DNA of 64,000 bases from Flaccisagitta enflata (taxonomy: Eukaryota), in contig OZ231126.1 in NCBI GenBank assembly GCA_965153355.1, positions 9,796,001-9,860,000 of the forward strand. Direction: 5' to 3'. Under the pieces are notes generated by a model, which was given only the letters and a program-made list of their open reading frames with translations, searched no databases and was not told the DNA's origin. Shown in pieces: positions 58,849 through 64,000 of the stretch (position 1 is its first letter; the number at the start of each line of letters is the position of its first letter). A program made the translations under genes and the position numbers.

Positions 58849-60361
58849 GATTGGTGGTTTTGTTGTAGTTTTTTTGTTTCTTATGATAAGTGCGAAGCGA
58901 TTCAGTGGTTCCCCACAGGTACAAATACTTTTTAATTCCAATACCTATCTTTCTTTATTTTCTTTGTTAACAGCCGAGAGTTATTTTCCAAGTGAGAGAG
59001 TGCCATTTTCACACAACTTTAGCTTCCTTTTCATGCGCAAAAATAAAATCTTCTATTTCTTGAAAATCTATCACAGACGGCTTTTCATTCTTTATATTGG
59101 TCATGCTTCGTCACAAAGTTTCATCCTTGAAATGGGATTACAGAAAATTGATTTTAAAACCAAAAAGGCTAAAAGCTGCAACAAATACAAAACGATTCAC
59201 GCGGCAGTAACGCAACAAAAAACTTAGCTAAAATCATCGCCCATCCCACTGGCAGACCAAAGGAGGTGAATCACCACGCACCAAACGCGATCATAGACAC
59301 AGTGAGAGTGACAACTGACCAACTTTTGGTTTTGTCAGCTTATGTCGACATGTTAACAAGTCGTTTCAATCTGTGCATATTCATCAATCACCAAGTCCCA
59401 TGGAAACGAAGCCGTGATTCAGTTTTAAGTAACCAACAAGATCACTAATTTGTCAAGAAAAGTTAACTACCACCAATGAAAGAAGATTCATTTGATTTAT
59501 CAATCACTTAAAGTGGTTTTGATTTAAGGTTTTTTCAGTGGGTCTGTTTTTGGTCGGGAAGGGTCTGAAGAGAGAGAGGTATATGAGATCATCAGCCACC
59601 ATCTAAACGTGACATGTTTAAGTTACATGGCCTAGTCACTACGTAAGCGAATTTTTGAGATTGTATCACAAGTGGTTGGAAAGTTATCACAGTTCACAAA
59701 ATATTAATAACAGGACCCTCGTCCAATAATAAGTATCGAGACCAAGCGATGACGGCGGAGGGAAACCGTTTTGGGTGGAAAATGCCACTGTTTTCCAGAA
59801 TCGTCCACGTCGAGCGCATAAGAAATCAAAACAATAAAACGCGATTCGGGCGGCCAAACCAACCAAGAGCAATGGGAATCAAAACTTTTCTAAAGCGAAA
59901 TTTTAACTGGCAACCACAGTCCACCAAAGAGACAATATCTCGCCCGAGAGAATGATCAGAAATGACAAGAAATAAGGTCGCAAGAAAATCATCCAAAACA
60001 AAAAGCATTTCACCGCGTTGAAGTAAACATAGCCTTAGAAATGGCACAGATATCAGGTACAGTAAAGGTAAACAAAATTCCGGGGTTAATGAGGTCCTCT
60101 GTCGTCACAGTCATCACCATGAAGTAAAGGCACCAAATCTCAAACCTTGGTTAGCACCAGGTCATAGTCGATAGTCCTAGACCATCACCAAGAAAAAAGG
60201 CCATTCACCATCATCACCAAGAGGATTGACACTAGGATAGCATGGCATCAGAATAGCATGGCGCTATAGCAGCGGCTTTGACATTTTTGAGATTCGGAAT
60301 TCTTACAGGAGCCCCAATTTTTACCTCAAAAGTTTCCCCTCCCCCACACGTCTCCCCTTCC

Positions 60362-62638
60362 TCATCTCTTGAAATTTTTACTCGTTGCAAATATAACCTC
60401 TTCTTCATCACTCTGCTGCTTCCCCATCGGGGGTCGATGAGGATGGATTCCCCCAAGTGATTCTAGATTTGCCGCCAGACTGGCGACACTGCCCGTAACC
60501 GGGGCTTCAGAGCCACCTCTGATTATGGGAGACCCACTCTTATCAGTCGGGCCTCTTGGACCTGATGGGCTTTTGGATTTTGTTGACGGACGTTGTACGT
60601 TAAGATACCCTCCACTCGCGTCTTCAAACTTATTATTCCTTCTGGGGGCGAGTGGTGGCGCTTTCGGAGAATGCGCTTTTGTATTCAGATAATTGCTCTC
60701 CTGCTCCTTGGAACGAGCCGACTGGGAATTCAAATAACCAATATCGTTATCATCGTCAACGACGTGTTGTTTATTGCGTCTTGGAACGGCCGGGCCCTTA
60801 GGTGTTTGGGGACTGGAAACGTTGAGGTAAGACGGCTGCTCTTCTGTAGGCTCGTGAAAAGAAGAGCCACGTTTTTCTTTTCGATTGACAGCTTCTTTTT
60901 GCGATGTTTCATCCACTGATTTAAATTCCAAATAACCATACCCATCTTCCGAGATAGCCACCTGATCAACGCTGGAGTCGTGGATGCTGCAATAATTCTC
61001 ATCAGGGACCATCGCGGGTACTTTAGGCGGTCGTTTTGGGCCAGTTGTGACTTGCAGATAACTGCCATCATCGTCGTCATGACTTTGTCTACCGGGTAGG
61101 ATAATGCTCTCTTCAACGCTTCGTCTTGAGACAACTTCGGGGATTTCCTGGTAATTTTGATCATCTGGCTCCTCTATAACCTCTTGCTCTTCCTTACAGG
61201 AGGACGATCGCCACCATTGAGGTCTTGACTCAATTCCCCTTTGCCTCTGAACCTGGTTTACCATGGTTTCTAAATCTGCCTGGGTCCCCTTGAATTGCTT
61301 CAAATACGTGTTCTCTTCCACGCCTAGAACCTCCATATTATTACAGGTAAGAGCGACGCTGTTGGTCCGCTCCACAAACTGTTGCATAATTTCATCCAAA
61401 TCCCCACACAGCGCCTCTCGTGGCTGGACGTCCAGGCAGAACCATTCCCCTTGACGCTTGACGCCGATGCTGCCGGTATCCTCGCCGGAATCGAAAAGAT
61501 AGTCGACGGCGTACTCGCCGGTTTTATGGAAATTAGCCTTAGGTCTGACCAAACAATTGCCATAGCCAAGATGATTCGCATTGACCAACACTTGTCGTGA
61601 TTTCCCTCGTTCGAGACCCTCAAAAAACCAGGTTGGCTGGGGCAAATAATCATGAAACCGACGGAATATGTGGACGTGATCGCGATTGGATGAGGGCGTC
61701 ACGGGACTAATAACGGATGAAGGTGATACAGGACTTCTGCTAGAGGAAATGGGACTCTGTCGCGTGCTGGGAGACACTGGACTCGCACCTGCGGATGAAC
61801 CTGAAGTGGAGCGATTCACCGATGGCAGAATTGTCGGTCTCAAGCCAACTGGCGGCGCTGAAACCGCAGGAGTGGTTCTTGGGGCCACTGGAGTAGTACC
61901 AACACCTGAGTCGCGACTACCGCTACGAGGAGCTAGTGGAGGGGGCCGGACAGCAGATCTTGACTGAGCTCCTGCTGCTCCTGCTGCTGCTCTTGTAGCT
62001 GATAAAGCAGCTACTCCAACAGCTGCTGCTGATGCAGCCGAGGATCTCCCGGGATTTGCTCTGGGTCTCAACTCGGGTGGGGCTCCGGCACCTGAAGAGG
62101 ACGTAATCGTATTTCCAGCAGCGAATGTACCGCCGCCGTCCTGATTCACTTGAGAAAACCCACCACCGCCCCCAACAACACCCCCACCGCTGACATCAAC
62201 ACCACCACCCCTATCACCACCCTGTACGGCGAGAATCCTCTCCTGGGCATCCTCGCTGAGATCCTCCAATTGCTGCTGGGTGGCGACTCTACCAAAGATG
62301 ATGAAATCTAAAATATGGAACCAAACTCGCGTCTCCTCGGCGTCGTCAGAGTGATAAAATTGAATTTTGAGGTTCTGCGAATCCGCGCCGCGCATCAACA
62401 GACAAACGGAATCCACATTTTTACGAGCTCTGCCATGATCCATTTCGATGTTGAGACATTCCAATGACTGGAGATCCAAGCGATGCGGGGAGACGGAATC
62501 CTCCTCGCGCATCAACTCGGACTTCCACGAGGACAATTCGAAATCTGCGAGGACGAGGAATTTCTTCTCCCAGGCGCGGCCGTTAATGCGGGTCATCATC
62601 CAACCATTCATTGACGAATAGTCATCGCCATTGGCCAT
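60362..62638 (-). CDS. Intronless PH + SH2-like adaptor (STAP1/2-like) with Tyr-motif tail
   Basis: PH-like GWMMTR...WEKKFLVL...EETRVWFHIL; SH2-like WFFEGLER...GYGNCLVRP; tail motifs YQEI, YLQV, YLEF, YLNV, YLNS, YLNT, YLNV. Confidence 0.7.
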   Translation of the reverse strand: MANGDDYSSMNGWMMTRINGRAWEKKFLVLADFELSSWKSELMREEDSVSPHRLDLQSLECLNIEMDHGRARKNVDSVCLLMRGADSQNLKIQFYHSDDAEETRVWFHILDFIIFGRVATQQQLEDLSEDAQERILAVQGGDRGGGVDVSGGGVVGGGGGFSQVNQDGGGTFAAGNTITSSSGAGAPPELRPRANPGRSSAASAAAVGVAALSATRAAAGAAGAQSRSAVRPPPLAPRSGSRDSGVGTTPVAPRTTPAVSAPPVGLRPTILPSVNRSTSGSSAGASPVSPSTRQSPISSSRSPVSPSSVISPVTPSSNRDHVHIFRRFHDYLPQPTWFFEGLERGKSRQVLVNANHLGYGNCLVRPKANFHKTGEYAVDYLFDSGEDTGSIGVKRQGEWFCLDVQPREALCGDLDEIMQQFVERTNSVALTCNNMEVLGVEENTYLKQFKGTQADLETMVNQVQRQRGIESRPQWWRSSSCKEEQEVIEEPDDQNYQEIPEVVSRRSVEESIILPGRQSHDDDDGSYLQVTTGPKRPPKVPAMVPDENYCSIHDSSVDQVAISEDGYGYLEFKSVDETSQKEAVNRKEKRGSSFHEPTEEQPSYLNVSSPQTPKGPAVPRRNKQHVVDDDNDIGYLNSQSARSKEQESNYLNTKAHSPKAPPLAPRRNNKFEDASGGYLNVQRPSTKSKSPSGPRGPTDKSGSPIIRGGSEAPVTGSVASLAANLESLGGIHPHRPPMGKQQSDEEEVIFATSKNFKR

Positions 62639-63078
62639 GTTTTCAAGAGGCTCAAATTTATGGGTTGTTAGCTTCGACTTTTTATTCTCCAGGATTGATT
62701 TGAGTTTTGTTCAGGTATATATGATTACAGTTAATGATCGATATGGACCCAATTATATAATCGAAATTAACAATCCTAGCGATAAAAATGTCAACGGTAA
62801 TTATGAAAAAGGTGCGGTCTTTTTATTTTCAAAATAAATAAGTCAACAACAAGATCATTAAAACGCAAATGCAAATATTAAAATGGTATTTCAGAAGGTA
62901 CGAATTGTTTGTGCCATTTTGAAGATGGGAGGGGATTCAAAAAATGGACACTAGATATCGGGGAATACATTCTTAAACCAGGATTCAATTTTAGAGAGAG
63001 AGGATGATTGAATGTGATGGACGGGAGAGTACTTGATTAAACTCAGGATAGGATCAACTGAATCATGGACCCAAGAAT

Positions 63079-64000
63079 TTAGAATCCGAGATCAAATCCC
63101 TCTTCGGCGGGGGCATTGGCGTAAAAGTCTTCATCGGCCAGAGGATCCTCGGAGGCATTCCCGTCATCGGAGTCGTCTTCCCCGCCATCGCCTTCCCGGC
63201 CGCCTCCTTCGTTCCTCTGTTCGCCTCCTTGGTCGTCATCTGCTTGAGGATCTCTCGTTGCATCTTCTTCTTCTTCCTTCTCTTCTTCATCCTCATCATC
63301 GGAATCTGAGACTTGGAGATCGTCGTCGATTTCTCTTCCTCCGCCATCGAGCGTCGACGGGCCGTTGGAGCAACTTCCGTCGGCGGAGGCGGAAGGCGGC
63401 GCCTCGAAAGTCGGGAGCACGTTGGCGGGAGGATTGTTGTTGTTATTGTTGGATCTGTTGTCGGCGTGCGCCATCATGTTGTTCATGCCTTCGATGAAGA
63501 GTTGCGTGGGATCGTAGTCGTCGTCGACGCCGTTTTCGTCGTCATCGTCGTCGTCGTCCTCCACCGGATTGAGATTCGGTTCGGGATAATAAGCGCCGGC
63601 TGGGTGAAAGGGCGTGGCCAGCATTCCGGCGTGATGAAACGGCGTCGCGTGGATGCCGTGATAAAAGGGCGTCGCGGCGGCGGTGCCGTGATGGAAGGGA
63701 GTGGCCGCGATGCCCGGATGCCTCGGCGTCGCGGCCACTTGAGCGTAAGCGGCCGCGGCTTCCGGTTCGAAGCCCAGCGTCGTGGCCTCAAAGGCCGCGG
63801 CCACGGCATCGGCGCCTTGAGGCACCACTGGCATGGAGACCGCCTGTCCTTCGTTGTCCGTTACTTGCAAATAAACGGTGCCATCGGGAGCCATTTGCTG
63901 CTGTTGCTGCTCCTGTTGTTGCTGCTGCTGCTCCTGTTGTCTACGAGTGTTCTCCTCGTGATCCATCTCCACATCATCGTCCATCGGCTCTTCCTCCGAT
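63079..64000 (-). CDS. 3' part of an acidic low-complexity protein, truncated by the window edge
   Basis: Frame stays open to 64000; poly-Q, repeated ATPF(H/Y)H units, acidic tail ending EEGFDLGF. Confidence 0.55.
   Translation of the reverse strand, partial: SEEEPMDDDVEMDHEENTRRQQEQQQQQQEQQQQQMAPDGTVYLQVTDNEGQAVSMPVVPQGADAVAAAFEATTLGFEPEAAAAYAQVAATPRHPGIAATPFHHGTAAATPFYHGIHATPFHHAGMLATPFHPAGAYYPEPNLNPVEDDDDDDDENGVDDDYDPTQLFIEGMNNMMAHADNRSNNNNNNPPANVLPTFEAPPSASADGSCSNGPSTLDGGGREIDDDLQVSDSDDEDEEEKEEEEDATRDPQADDDQGGEQRNEGGGREGDGGEDDSDDGNASEDPLADEDFYANAPAEEGFDLGF

Overview
Repeat-rich, intron-containing eukaryotic (animal-like) DNA. Host genes, all on the minus strand: a decayed, tandemly triplicated NACHT-NTPase locus (8.0-17.5 kb), SDE2, SNW1/SKIP, a REPS1/2-like EH protein, an intronless PH-SH2 (STAP-like) adaptor and a truncated acidic ORF. 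The centre holds an apparently intact 23.9-kb Ty3/gypsy-type retrovirus-like element (26901-50802) inserted into a Helentron/DINE-1-like repeat. It has two 570-bp LTRs identical on visual comparison, TG...TA ends, a 4-bp TATG target duplication, PBS and PPT. It encodes a single 3897-aa Gag-Pol with two aspartic protease domains and an RT split by a charged insertion, plus a class I fusion-type Env. The 5.8 kb between pol and env holds a sense 188-aa ORF and two intron-containing ANTISENSE genes that I reconstructed in frame by hand and that the ORF track misses: a 197-aa single-pass membrane protein ending in ETPV, and a 254-aa hydrophobic protein. This complex-retrovirus-like organisation is the main candidate novel system. 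All calls come from reading motifs; no database searches were run.
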